A DNA stretch of 64,000 nucleotides, from NCBI GenBank assembly GCA_010093815.1, contig ML996574.1; one strand, written 5' to 3'. Below are positions 1-12,838 of the stretch, piece after piece (positions within the stretch are counted from its first letter, which is position 1; every line of letters begins with the position of its first letter). A program made the translations under genes and the position numbers. Below the pieces are notes generated by a model. The model did not search any database and had not been told where the DNA came from. It saw only the letters and a program-made list of their open reading frames with translations. The DNA is from Pseudovirgaria hyperparasitica (taxonomy: Eukaryota).

Positions 1-2
1 CT

Positions 3-857
3 CAGCTACCACCGACCTACACGGCCCACTTTACACTTCCCTGCGACCCGCATAACGCTCGTGGCTTTGGTGGCAGGATTTACGGCGTCGTTAGCATAAT
101 TCGGGATGACTTCGCGGACAGATGCGTTTCTGCCGTCAGAACTGTGGACTGGGACGTCGAGGGTCGAGTCAGCATCGTCGAGATCACCTCTCCACAACCG
201 CGTCACCCAATACCATCACCACTACCACCGTCAGCCAAACCCAGCGCTCCCAGGCCCGCAAGCAGTCATGATGACAAGCCCTCTACAGCCCATCCCTCAA
301 ACATAGCAGTCTTCAACATCTACGCCGTCAACGGCACAAACAACGCATACAAGGACCCAAAAACAGGCACCACGTGCGGCACGCGCCACGACCGCAAACT
401 CGCCTTCCACAAGCTACTCATGGAGGAGAGTCTGCGCTACGAGGCCCGCGGCTGGGCGGTCATCCTCGGCGGCGACATGAACGTTGCACCTGCACGAATC
501 GACGGGTATCCGAATCTGAGGACGTATCCGCGCGAGCACATTGTCAATCGCGCGGACTTCAATACTAGATTTCTGCTAGGAGAGGACATGAAAGCGTTGG
601 GTGGTAACGAGGATGGCGAGCATGTGTTTCAAGGTATCGATATCTGGCGCACACTTCACGGTCCAGAAGCATCGGGCTATACGTATTACCCGCGTGGAAC
701 GGCATGGGGCGCGAGTTGTGATCGGGTGGACTATTTCGTGATTAGCAAGGGATTATATGAAGAAGGTAAGGTTGTAGAGGCTGAGATCCACGCGAATGCG
801 CTAGAGAGAGGGCCTAGCGATCATGTACCCATCTCGATGGTGCTGAGTTTGAGATAG
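3..857 (+). CDS. Exonuclease-endonuclease-phosphatase (DNase I-like / ExoIII-AP endonuclease family) protein, 5'-truncated by the window edge
   Basis: Frame is open from base 3 (QLPPTYTAHF...YGVVSIIR...DVEGR). Family motifs present: NIYAVNG, GGDMNVA, YTYY, DRVDY and GPSDHVPI. Confidence 0.85.
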   Translation, partial: QLPPTYTAHFTLPCDPHNARGFGGRIYGVVSIIRDDFADRCVSAVRTVDWDVEGRVSIVEITSPQPRHPIPSPLPPSAKPSAPRPASSHDDKPSTAHPSNIAVFNIYAVNGTNNAYKDPKTGTTCGTRHDRKLAFHKLLMEESLRYEARGWAVILGGDMNVAPARIDGYPNLRTYPREHIVNRADFNTRFLLGEDMKALGGNEDGEHVFQGIDIWRTLHGPEASGYTYYPRGTAWGASCDRVDYFVISKGLYEEGKVVEAEIHANALERGPSDHVPISMVLSLR

Positions 858-1147
858 TTACGGACGGTCCTGAAGTAGTAGACATTTGTGTTTTTGATTC
901 GAAAGTTCTTGTTATGTATTGCAGCGTGAAAGGCACGAGAGTTGTCTCCATGCAGCGCATCGGGCACGAGAAGGGTGACAAGAGTGCAGCTGGACGAGAC
1001 GAAAGAAAAGACAGGAGCTGGCGTAAATCGTAAGGGGATCCAAACGCCTGACCTAGTGTGTGATGCTTGTACAGGTGAAAGAGAGAAGGAAAAACCACCG
1101 CACTGTGCAATGCTTGTACAGTCTAATTTCGATTCATGCGATTATTC

Positions 1148-3120
1148 TCAGGCATTTGGCCTTTTCAGGATGTCCGAAAAATTCACATTTTCATCTCTTG
1201 GATCTGTTGTACCCAGACCCTCTTCCTTTCCGACTTGTTCATCCTTCGCCTCGTCTGTCTCGATGTCTGACGCGGGAGGGCTCGGGAGCGCACATTCTCC
1301 ATCTTCCTTCGCGGTGCTCTTCTCTTTCTTGAACACATTCTCCACCCTGTCTAAGTCACTGCCGCTCGGATCAGTTGGGGACGTCTCGCCCACGCTCTGT
1401 CTCCGCAGCACTGTCTGTGTATCATCATTGGGGATCTGGGAAAGATGGTCGTCAATACTGCGCTTCTCGTTCGATATGGCGTTCATCTCACTTTTGCGGG
1501 CGTTGATTGTGCCGTTTGTTTTGGCACCGTTGGCTATCCCATTGGCTGTCCCGTTGGTTGCACCGTTGGCGACACCATTAGCGATACCGTTGATTTCGAG
1601 TCTCTTGCCAACTTTGTCAGTCTCGCGGTTTACACCCTTCGCTGCATCGTGGGCGGAGTTTGCAATCTCTTTCGCGCCTTTCTTGGCAGCATCCTTGTCA
1701 CCGCGAGAGATGGGGGCGATGCGTCGCATATACGACTTGACAAAGAATCGTACAAATAATGCACTGCAGCATGTGAGCATGGTACGTCGCCTGGCAAGGA
1801 AAACTTACGTGAGAGGAGCCAGATACATTAAGTTCAGCCACACGGCAAAACTTTGTCCAGTGGTGTCGATGCACTGCACCCATTGATATTCATTCCTAAA
1901 TCGAGTCTCGTAACCTGGCGCTGTGTGACCGGTGAGATTTTCAAACTTTGCGGCAATTTGATCCTTCAACACATGAGGACGTTCACCCATGTTTTCAGCA
2001 AGACCTTCCTCTCCAGCGGCACGAAGTGCAAGCTTTTTGATGTACGAACCAAACCCTGCTACAGCTGATGCAGCAGTAGCCTCTGAAGCAACGGATGAAA
2101 GAGCGGATGATGCAGTGGAGACAGCTACTTGAGCTGCTTTGGCGATCCTGTATGGGGTGGAGACTGGGACCGTGTACTGTATGCAGAGATGCAGTATAGC
2201 GAATGAGCCACCAACAACAAATTGGGTGATTTGCATGGTAGTCAAACTGCGTTTGACAGCCTGAGGGACGCGGACACCTAGGGCGGAAAGGGTGTAGTAG
2301 GTGTACTGTGAACTTGTCAGATTCGAGTCTTTAGCATCAAGTATGAGACATGACGTACCATCATTGCATGGATAGCAGAGTTAACCTGCACGAACATCCA
2401 GATAGGGGGCGCCATGTACCTAATGCCGGCCCACATACACATCATTGCACCAGCATGGTGGTAGGTCTGCAAAGTAGTGCTTCGCTTTCCCTTGGCAAGA
2501 ATTATGGCTGTGTCGAGGACTTCGTAGAATTTGCTAAGATAGAACCACCAACCCCAGAATGCAAGTCCCTCGTTCCACAATCGACCGACGTCCGTGGAAT
2601 CGGGCAGGCCACTGCTAAGATGAATTAGCTGATTCTTGACTTCCCATTCCTCCAAGACCGGATTATATGTTGCAGCGTCGCCTAACCCGCGCGGTCCATG
2701 CATCTTGCAAAGTGAGTCCACCGCTCCCACAATGCCGTGTTGACCAGTCCAGCCTGCCCAAGTATTGTAGAGACTTTGAATCATAGCGTAGGAGGTCACG
2801 GCAGAGTAGACGGCGAGGAAGACGTTGTGGAAGATAACGAACGCGAAAAAGGGACGCGTCTTGCTAATGGCCCAGGCCTTGTTGCCATGCTTGCGATTGT
2901 AGGCATTAACAGTGCTGACAGTGGTCGCGTAGAGAGCAGCGATGGTCAACGGTACGGCGGGGTGTAGAGTAGCCTGAAAGATTGAATCCGGTATTGGGAA
3001 AGGACTGGCGATGAAGTTTATGTGATCTGAGGGCGGAGGTATCGCTGGTGGAGCCTCGTCGGGAGGAAATTTGAATAGGGAGCGTGGAGGAAGACTCAGA
3101 TGGAGTGACGGGCCAGACAT
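1148..3120 (-). CDS. GNS1/SUR4 (ELO) family fatty acid elongase, Gig30-like; exons 3120-2359, 2305-1809, 1763-1148
   Basis: Motifs FYLSKFYEVLDT, LQTYHH, NSAIHAMM|YTYY and TTMQITQF. Two GT-AG introns (2358-2306, 1808-1764) join the ORF fragments in frame. Confidence 0.9.
1525..1592 (-). repeat. Degenerate 12-bp coding tandem repeat (NG-x-A/T units) in the elongase C-terminal tail
   Basis: Translates to INGIANGVANGATNGTANGIANGA; recurring ccgttgg/ccattgg on the + strand. Confidence 0.7.
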
Positions 3121-4478
3121 GATTGCGACTGGTGATGTGAGGCCTTTAATAACCGGTGTAGGAATTGTTGAGAGATGTTGAGGAGCTTTATCAGAGCTTT
3201 GTGGGCGTTAAGGATAGGTGATACAGCTCTAGTTGTAGGTATTTCGAGCCATAACTCGGAGGGCGAAGGATTAACTAAAAGTGACGAGAGGCGACGACAG
3301 GAAGCTAGGAGAGGGTAATGGCGGAGTTCAAGTAGTCGGGGACTTGTTCGCGTGGTGTCTTCGTATAGAGAACGTGGAACGCGACTGTCTTTTTTTGTTG
3401 GCCGCTCCGAAATTCTGTGCATGACGTTCAACCGCGGCATATGGGGCTGTTAGCGCGGTGCCATTTAAAGAGCCTGTTGTGATTGGGTGAAATTGACTTC
3501 GACGCCAAGGCCAAGCCAGCATTTCAGGCACACGAGCATGACAAGGCATCTATTTGCCCTGCAGACACTCTAGGGCTACAACAGTAACACAACACAGAAG
3601 CGAAGACCCTGATGGAAACCTGCTTTGATGCAATCTTTGTTGGACGTTGTGGCAAAAAGTCCAGCATCTACACTTGAATTTGCCGTTTCGTATGCTCACA
3701 TCTATCGTACCACTCCTCACTACTATCGTCGCTTTTCGTGTCCGTATAGCTAAGTAACATGATACGCAATGATGAATTGATGATGGGCTGATGTCACATG
3801 CACGACTATGGACCCTTCTTGCCCAGCAAACAAGATAATATGAGCATGAGCATGAACTTTAGCATTCTCTAGCGCCGAGATGTGACAAGGAGCCCGCCCT
3901 TCTGCACGTGAAATCCTCAACAATTTTTTGGTGCCCAGTTGCTGTGAGAGTGGCAATCCCGGGTCTCATTGCGCGATAGGCAATCTTAGTCCGGTCATAC
4001 ATCCGAGCTGCCAAACAGGTCTGTCTTGGCCGGAGTGCATCATGAGCCCCGTACCCGTGTCTATACCATTGCACATTCCATCTACACACTCCATCAGACC
4101 AGCTGGTCGGAACCTGTTGCAATACAGTAGCATTCTGCGGAAAGTGTTCCATTTTTGATATTATTTTTTCTAGGCGTGGAAACAGCTTCTCGAAAAGTCT
4201 TAGACCCATGTACCATGAAATCGTCTGATCGTGCTTTCGCAGGATCGAAAGTCTGTTACACATTTGGTCCAATGCCTAGAAATGGTATTGGCGCCCGGAC
4301 CTGGCCTAGGCCTGGGTCATATCATGTCATATCAGTCCGCACGCGTGCGACGGATGTAGCCGTATCCATAGGGCTGGTTCGCTACGTAATCCGCCTTCCC
4401 CCTTGCCCCCGACCCGGCACCTTTCCATCTTGCCGACGTTCGGAAGCTTTGTTTTGCGGTTAGATGCCACAAGTAAAC

Positions 4479-5762
4479 ATGGACAAAGCAACAGGCATCT
4501 TCAAGAATGGATGGCACCCAGAGAAGAAAGAAAGCTGGCGTGGCGACAACAAAGGCCTTAACCAAGTGGTGAGCTATTCCGCACGATACTCTCGCACGAT
4601 GCTCCCGCACTGTACCCCATGGCTAACATGAGAGACTTAGGCAGGATGGATGGGCAAAGGGAAGCAAGGAGGCTCGAGCGCATCCGCATTAGAGCGCGCC
4701 AACAATCATCAATCTGCTCCACTATCAACCCTCAAGGATCCTTCGTCGTTCGGTCCTCCGCCAAAGCACCAACACTACCACGGTGCTGCTGCTGCTCAAG
4801 ATAATACTACACCAGATAGGAATGGATGGGGAGCACCCGTGCCCCCGAGTACGATACAGGCACAGCAAGAAGAGCAAAGGAGGCAAGAGACAAATTCAAA
4901 TAAACCCAAACCACCACCAAGACCCTATCAGAGAGATACTACCGGATTGAGCACAGTGCATCTACCAAAACCTCCAAAATTTGGTGAACCTGCTACAGCT
5001 TCGACTCAGAATGCGGTAACAAAACCAAAACCGCCGAGCCTACCTGCTCGCCCGCCCCTACCTCCTCGACAGAACAGTAATCCAGACGAATTCACACCTG
5101 CACCACCTCCATCGTACACAGCAGCGACCGCAAAATTAACCCCACCAGCCCCTGTAGAACCATACCTAAACCAAGGAGCCCTGAACAGACTCGGGAAAGC
5201 GGGTGTGAGTGTACAAGGCTTCAACATTGGACGAAATGTCTCTCCTCCCTCAACAATCCCAGCCTCCGCATCTTCAGATGCACCGCAGTCAACCCCTGGC
5301 CGCGGTCCACAACTTAATGAACTTTCATCACGCTTCTCAAAGATGACTACTTCGCCGAGCCCGACTGCCGGAAGTTCACAAGGCACTACATTCGCCGAGA
5401 AACAAGCAGCCGTCAGAACAGCAAATGCATTTCGGAACGACCCTTCATCTGTGTCCTTCTCTGACGCACGAAGCGCGGCTTCAACGGCAAACAATGTCCG
5501 CGAAAGACACGGTGAGCAGATTGCTGCGGGGTGGAAGACTGCAAACGGACTGAACCAGAAGTACGGGGTCATGAACAGGGTCAATGGGATGACAGGAAGA
5601 GAGTCTGGATCATCGTCTGCGCAGGCTGGTGTGTTGCCTGAGGCATCGTCTATTACGGCAGGCATTGGGAAGAAAGCACCTCCTCCACCACCAAAGAAGA
5701 AGGAACTTGGGGGCGCCCCGCCGCCGGTGCCGTTGAGTAGTAAGCCAAAACCGCAGGGGTGA
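4479..5762 (+). CDS. Proline-rich fungal protein of unknown function (SH3/WW-ligand-rich, possibly endocytosis/actin-patch associated); exons 4479-4568, 4641-5762
   Basis: Upstream exon MDKATGIFKNGWHPEKKESWRGDNKGLNQV splices (GTGAGC...CTAAC...TTAG) in frame to AGWMGKGK. Many PxxP motifs, PPPSY, and a C-terminal KKAPPPPPKKK...PPPVPLSSKPK. Confidence 0.8.
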
Positions 5763-6177
5763 TTGGGGTTGTGATGTGTGCAGTATAGCATCAGTATGGA
5801 TCAATAGTAAAAGGTCCATCTCCGGGACTAATTGGTGTCTGGACTACCCTTTTCACATGAGCATGCAACGGAATATGGCAGTCGAGTTGACTGTCCTATA
5901 GTCATGCTACTGGCCGTCAGTCATAGACGCTATTGAAGAGTCGACTCCTTTCAAGTCAGCCATACGAGCAATCCCGATGGACAGCATTGGATGAACCACT
6001 AATCATGTACGTCAGGACTTGGACATCAAAGCATTGCTAGCATCTGCGTTCGGACAGTTTCACTCGACAATGAAGACAGCATTTGGTAATTTCGGCTGCG
6101 CCTCGAATTCGATATCTCGTTAGAGCTTGCGCATGTAGCGTATCACTCAATGCTATACATAAGGGTATCAGACATCA

Positions 6178-7449
6178 TTAGCCACCATTATTTCGCTCCA
6201 GCTGAAACCTCGGCCCAGAAAAGCCACCGAGTTGCCACCACTGTAGCAGACTCATTTTCAATCCCGTGCACGTCAACTCCCTCGTAACCGCCAACTCTCG
6301 TGCCTTCGCCGAAACGCCCACCGGGAGAGCCTCCGACGCCGGCCTTTCATAAACCAACCCCGGCGACATGCCTTGCACCGTCTCGTGCATATCAAGCAGT
6401 GTCTGCGCCCCGACCGGGCGCCTCATGAACGACCAGTACATCACGCTCCACGGCTGCCGCTCCTTGTAGAACTCGACATCAAAGGAATGGTCGTCCTGTA
6501 TGCTGCGTCTCAGCACGCTCATGTACGTCTTCATCAGCCTCCGCACATCATTCAACTGGCAGTCCGCCCACTGGTTCTTGCTCCGCCACGTCATAGTCTG
6601 ATGATATACATGATTGATCTCGCGGAGGTTGCCGTAGTCGCCGAGCAGCCAGTGCGTGGCGTTGGCAATATATACATTATCCGGCTTGATATCGTCGTGA
6701 CAGTATCCGGCGTCGTGGAGAGTTGCAAGGGTCGAAAGTAGCTTGTTGAAGCTGGGACGCCAGGCCTGGTCGAGGCTTGCCAAACTTACGAAATTTCGCG
6801 ATCCTGCTACCTGGCTGAGGTTGACAAGCGTGCCATGCTGGATATAAGGGGTGACATAGTGCCATTTTGGGCTCGAGAAATAAGATCCTGTGTGGGCGAG
6901 GAAGTAGTCGAGCATGGGTACGTGGCTCCACGTCTGCGAGTCTGGTGAGGGTACAACGGTGAATATGGCAGACATGAGTAGACCTGCTGGGATTTCCGTC
7001 GGCCATGAAGTGATTTTGTGCAAAAAGCAGTCTGATAGACTGTCGGGAAGTTGGTCCCGAAAGCGGTTGGAATAATAGGTCTTGATCACTACGTATTCGC
7101 CAGTGTCCTTGCTTTCATACAGCCGTGCACTTCCCTCGTAACCATATCCTAGCTCTCGTTTGAAGATGTAAACACCGTCAATGTCCAAGTCATGGTCACC
7201 ACTATATCGACGAATAGGCTGATCTGAATGAGTCCATTCCAGGGATTGCCGGCCATGATCAAGCAGTGGCCTTAGGAAGTCAGTCTGGATGTTCTGGGGT
7301 CGTACACCGTGCAGCTTCCAAAACAAGGAAAGGTACAAGTAAATCACGAGACCAATGAGGAGGAGGCGTGTATAGGTGCGGCGAAACAAACTGGGTAGAC
7401 CAGAAGAGATCGACGTACAACTAAGTTCGAGACATCCTGACATCCGCAT
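6178..7449 (-). CDS. Atypical protein-kinase-like domain protein with N-terminal signal anchor
   Basis: Intronless ORF of about 423 aa. TM segment LLLIGLVIYLYLSLFW; G-loop LGYGYEG; VVIK lysine; catalytic loop HDDIKPDN; DYG. Confidence 0.8.
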   Translation of the reverse strand: MRMSGCLELSCTSISSGLPSLFRRTYTRLLLIGLVIYLYLSLFWKLHGVRPQNIQTDFLRPLLDHGRQSLEWTHSDQPIRRYSGDHDLDIDGVYIFKRELGYGYEGSARLYESKDTGEYVVIKTYYSNRFRDQLPDSLSDCFLHKITSWPTEIPAGLLMSAIFTVVPSPDSQTWSHVPMLDYFLAHTGSYFSSPKWHYVTPYIQHGTLVNLSQVAGSRNFVSLASLDQAWRPSFNKLLSTLATLHDAGYCHDDIKPDNVYIANATHWLLGDYGNLREINHVYHQTMTWRSKNQWADCQLNDVRRLMKTYMSVLRRSIQDDHSFDVEFYKERQPWSVMYWSFMRRPVGAQTLLDMHETVQGMSPGLVYERPASEALPVGVSAKARELAVTRELTCTGLKMSLLQWWQLGGFSGPRFQLERNNGG

Positions 7450-8588
7450 AATCAATGTGGAGTGAGTTGACGCAAGGGTCGACAGATCAAAAGAGTTCTT
7501 GTACAGTCCACAACTATACTAGAGACGGAGCATGCCAAGTTACCACCGCGCCAGTAGAAATGGCTGCGCCGAGTGTACCGACAAGTCGAGCGCCAAACGG
7601 TGCATCTCACGAGCTATTGACTAGGCGCTCCAATAAGGACCTAGTAACAGTCACTTCGAAGACTTGTTCAACCGGAGCGAAGCACACAGCCGCCGTCGTT
7701 AATGTTGGGGTCTTCACTTGGCCGCTACACAGCCCAGCTCGAAAACCAAGAAACGGTACATGTTTATGCGTGATAAGCAGGTTCTCACTGCTCTGTCAGG
7801 CTTGCCTGGAACACCAAGAGAAGCTATGGTGATACAGCTGCATATGCAGCGAGTAGGACAAGAAGCTGGTTTGGGATGAAGCTGCGACTATGAAGGCGCT
7901 GTCCTAATACGCAAAAGAGGCAGATGTGTCGCTGGCCTAGAAATAGTAAGTAAGATAGAAGATCTACATTTCACGACCGAGCAGAGTGAAACTCACTATA
8001 GTATGTCCTCCCCACTGTCAACAACACATGTGACATGACTGTTGGCGATCGGTTCGAAATGTAAGGGGCGAAAGGAGGGACGAAAGTCTTTCGTGGATAC
8101 TTCTACATTACGAAGCGCTGATGGGTTGGTGTAGGGTATGCGACATGGTCAGAAACTGTAGTTGAGACCACTGCATTGATGGCTGATTTTCTGTTTGCCT
8201 AGCTCTGACATTTGTGGTTGCCCCACGAGCATCAACCGAAATACATCTGCCCACCAAATAAAGCGGGACCGCCGCCTACGCGATTGGCTCCTCCATGTCA
8301 GCACTGCCTCACGACCAACCTGGGCACGAAACACCGCTTTCTCACTGTTCGTTCTGGGTATCAACAATCTTTCCTACCTGTCGCCGTGGTCTCGTGGTGA
8401 GGCTTCACTAAACCTGACCTGAGCTGAACCATCGCCACTATCATCCACCACTATCACCGTCGGTCGCTGCCACCCTTTCTGACCCGCGGTCAATTGGTCG
8501 CTCGGAAAAACGAACACCACTCTCGCGAGCGTTAGGGGGCCGTAGTACCGAACACTTGAGAGTCGCCGAATCTGTTACAGTGGTCCAA

Positions 8589-9823
8589 ATGGCCCGACAG
8601 AACGTCGAGCAAGAGGTTCAGATCATTCGCAGGTACACAAAGCGAGGCATGTAAAGAAGTGTATGGTATAGCTAATAGTAACTAGGGACAATCCAGTCGG
8701 CCTTTCTCCGTCGAATCCCGTCAACATTATTCCGAGTCCCAACACCAACGACGCGATCTACGAACACCAGGCCGATATTGATGAAATATTCGAGATAATT
8801 TACGGAGGCGCATCCTATTACCCCAATGTTCAAGCATGTCTTGACCAGACGTATCATGACGTTCGTTGCTACCGCATACAGTATGGCAATCCGTCAACTC
8901 CTAGTCCGACAAACGCAGGTTCAGGCACACGACCGACGCAAGCCGTGCAAAGTAGCCAGACTCCCTTCGAGACATACCCAGGGAAGGTGCAGGAGACCCA
9001 GTTATCGACAACACCTATAGTGTCGACTGGCGCAAACAAGTACCCTGAACAAAATGGCCAGACTATTACATCTATTCCTACGCCAACGTCATACGACGAC
9101 CCCCCTGGCGATAACTTTTCCACTGGCCAACTCGCTGCCGCAATCATGCTTCCCATGCTATTCATTTTGGTTCTGGGTCTTCTAGCAGTATTCTTTTACC
9201 GACGACGGAGTAGACGAGATAGAGCATCTGCTGGATCTCGGGCGATGAAAGTCAATCAAGATGCCAACTACGCGCCTATGACCTATACTACCCAACAAGG
9301 GCCTCCACTTATGATGACCCGGCCACCTCACTTACATCCTCATCCACCACATCCCGCAGTCACGAACATCCCCCGCGTTCCGTACCCAAGGCCTCAGTCT
9401 ACTCAGCCAATAATTCTCGGGCCGATGAGTCAGTCCAATTCAGGCAACTATCACACCGGACTAGATACAGATGTTCTTTCGATATCCGAGTCTACGATAC
9501 AACGAAACGGGGGCTTTCCTATAGAGGATCCGGACGAGCCACCTCCACCATATCGACCTAGAAGTGTAGTAACATTTGTCTCACGAGAAGCCAGCACGCG
9601 GTCGGGATCCTTGCGACCCGATGCGCAGGTTGACGGCTCTACCGATCATCTTATCCATGGTGCGCTGGCGCACCCAGGAAGATCTCCTTTTGCGGATCCT
9701 GACGACGATGACGCTGTCTCAATCATTTCTGAGCCCGAGAGACACGGGGGCATGCGGCAGGGGCGCGATATAATGTCTGATGTATCCGATCTGTCATATC
9801 AGAACAGCTTTAGACGACCATGA
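8589..9823 (+). CDS. Single-pass membrane protein with Ser/Thr/Pro-rich ectodomain and cytosolic PPPPY motif; exons 8589-8632, 8686-9823
   Basis: ATG at 8589 and intron GTACAC...GCTAAT...CTAG join a stop-free frame into the 292-aa ORF. TM segment AAAIMLPMLFILVLGLLAVFFY followed by RRRSRR; EPPPPY; SPFADP. Confidence 0.75.
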
Positions 9824-10606
9824 TGGTTTTGACAGGAGCTCTCATTTCATCCTAGTATTTTCATGTATTTATGAATCGCACATTCATCATCTTGCAGGGT
9901 GCTCTGGCGTTTTGGACATGAGAATCAAACTTCTCATGCATGAGGCCTCAGCGCAACGCATTATCATACTATCTACTGGTATCAAGCACTCAAGGTCAAC
10001 CCTAGTGATCTTCATGCTTCCGCTATTCTTACAGCGGGCAATATAAGTTTTTTGGGAGAGAATTTAGATTCGTCAATATTGCTCCGTCGATGGCAATGGG
10101 CCCTTAAACCGCCTTTCAATAAGGAATACTCGACATACAGCGGAGTGACCCTTGTTTGCATAGTCGTGAAATAATAAAGGTTCCCAGGCTCCTAGGACCA
10201 ATGGGGCAATTGAGGCACGCAGGATGTTGTTACTCGGCCTTACCAATCACTATCACGGTGCAGCAACTCATTCAAAAAGGCTTGGACGGTAAGCAGTCAA
10301 GATGAGGAAGGGGGTTTTCCCTGAACTCGATGACAATTAAAAGGAGATTGGCTCAAAATGGCATTGTCAATAGACAGGAAAGCAAGGGGACAAGGATTGG
10401 GATTCGGGAGGGGATGCATATCGAGGGAGTTTAATTTCAACAGATGTTTCTAAATCCCAGATGTTGCCACGTGGGTGGTCTGCAATGAATCACCATGGTG
10501 CAGGCACAGGCAGGACGTCAATGATGCGAAATAGCCGATCTGCATTCTTCCTTATGGACTATACTAGAGCGTGTACGCATATCCATACATATCATGCCAC
10601 ACCGTC

Positions 10607-10660
10607 TGGATGGATGGATGGATGGTCGTGGCCAGCTAGGCACCAGGCACCAGGCACCAG
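10607..10660. repeat. (TGGA)4 microsatellite followed by (GGCACCA)3
   Basis: Directly visible tandem repeats. Confidence 0.8.
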
Positions 10661-12838
10661 CGCCGGACAGAACTACTGCAGACGACGGCGTAACCCGCAA
10701 TCCAGCCACAAATCAGCGAGCATTGCGCAAAAGTGGCAGCCAACCGCGCAGTTCAAGGCATTCCCTGCCCGCAACAAAGGACTGACTTAAGTAGGGTATG
10801 GCGGCATTCTTGACTCCTGACCAATTGCGGGGCTTGCTGGCCTGTTTCTACTTCCTTTGCCTTCAACCACTCGGGCTGGAGGTTTGGGGAAAGACGGCAG
10901 AGGGTGGCCAGATAATGGGCCGGCCATAGCCTATTATCACTGTCTTTCCCAATGGTGCTGAGCTGGCAAAATGCCTAGTTCAGTTTAAAAGACCACTCCT
11001 GCTGCTGCTGCCTCTTGCTTTGTTGCTGTGCGTGGAGGTCCTCTTCTTCTGAGCCCTTTGCAGCAGCTATCAACGTCAACACAACTGCAACACATGTCCT
11101 TCCGGATCATTCACTGTATCAGCAACGGAAGGTCAAAACTGGTACAGTCTGACAATCACTAGTTACGACAGCGTGTTGATCGACTAACTTAGCCTGAGGA
11201 AGTGAGATGAGATCAGATTGACCATCCGACGGACTATCCGAGCGAGTGGGTATCTTGCATCTCACATGCACACTGCCATCATAGCATAGCGTCTACAAAC
11301 GGCATTGTGGAAGCCATGGAAGCCCTACCGGGCACGGCGCTGACCCAAAAATAAGACATGTCTACATGGATGGACCTCGTAGTTCTGGCCGCGCATGATC
11401 CAAAGGCCGGGATGTGCATGGTGTTTAGACTTTAGTGCCCACTTGCGGTATCTAGCGACGTGCAGCAAGAGACGAAACCTGAAAGAGAGGAGATAGAGAG
11501 TGTGTGTTATCCAGAAAAGAAACATAGGCAGCATATCACTTGTTGCTTGTTTATTGTTTGTCCTCTTTCAAGGATATCCAGTCCGTAGTTGGTAATATAG
11601 TAGTGTCTGCTCGAGGCGCCATCTCCAGCCAGCCCAGCTAGCGCTCTCTCCCCAGCATCCCCCCAGCTCCAGCCTAAACCTACCCCCAAAAGTTCCCCCA
11701 CCACTCACTGTCAAGCAGTACAAGTTGCAGTACAGTATTTTGGTTGTTGTAACGGGTGCCTAGCTAGCTAATGATTCGGTAGTCAAGCCACAGGTAACAG
11801 GCACAACTGGTGCACTGAGCGCATACAGAGCGTAGAGCACTGCACACGGCACTCTGCACTCAGCATCTCCACTCCACTTCCTCTCACGCTTTCACTAATA
11901 CACTAATACCGTCACTGTCACTTTCACTATCACTTGCACTTGCACACCTCCTGCTGAAACTGCGTTGGATGTCAGTCCGTGCTGCTGCAAAGGCTTCGTT
12001 TCAACCAGGGCTGCGGCGTGTTAGATACATAACTTTGCTTTGGCCTGTGGTTGCCTACTACGTTTGCCGGCCAGGTCCCAGAGATTCGTCCTGCCTTTCC
12101 GCTGCTTCACAGCTTCATGTCGACGCCATCTCACCTCGCCTGAACCCGTCTCACCAATGATGCTTCCTTCACGTCCGCGCCGTTTACTGTAGGCCACTCA
12201 CACACCCTCAGCTCTGCCCTCTCGCCTCTGTCCTCCTTCCGTCACTCCGCAAAGATCCTGCGACCTGTGTGGCCGTGCGAAATCTCCGCTGCAGCTCATC
12301 CCTTGCCCGTCAGACCTCTCTCCGTGCTCAACTACTACTCCCATTGGCATATGGTATGACCTCCTTACACTCTCAAACCCCCCCAGAAGAGAACTCTATA
12401 CATTCATTCATTGTACTTCTGAAGCCATTTCTTCATTCGTTCAACTGTCCTGACTCTATCAATCAGCTCTGACCCCTCCTTTTTACTTGCAGGAAATCGC
12501 CAGCCTCACACTGCCCAACCTTGAACCGTCCTCCACCACGAGCTACGCCTACCACAACCTCACTTCACTCTTGAATTTTTTTTGTATATTCGCCTCGCAG
12601 TCTTCTCTAGCATTTTACATTTCGTCTTTGGTTCACTCTTCAGCAGCGCATCACCACTACGAATAAATCGACCTTTGCTGCAACTCGCTGCACCATTCCA
12701 CAAGAGCAGGCCTATTCTCCTCTACCAACCTCGAACCATACATAATTTCTTGATACAGTTGCAAGAGCCTGGAAGCTTAGGGAATACTACAATCATCTTT
12801 TACTGCTACTAAGAAGAAAGTCGGCCCTTTGAACTGCT

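Noticed and set aside
942..1886. 314-aa + strand ORF
   Set aside because: Antisense shadow of the elongase 3' exons; it has no motifs of its own.
5006..5791. 261-aa - strand ORF
   Set aside because: Antisense to the Pro-rich gene; its Gly-rich content mirrors Pro codons.
8050..8062. GGTTCGAA T-loop-like motifs (also near 29595, 35725, 54592)
   Set aside because: No cloverleaf stems or A box around them, so not tRNAs.
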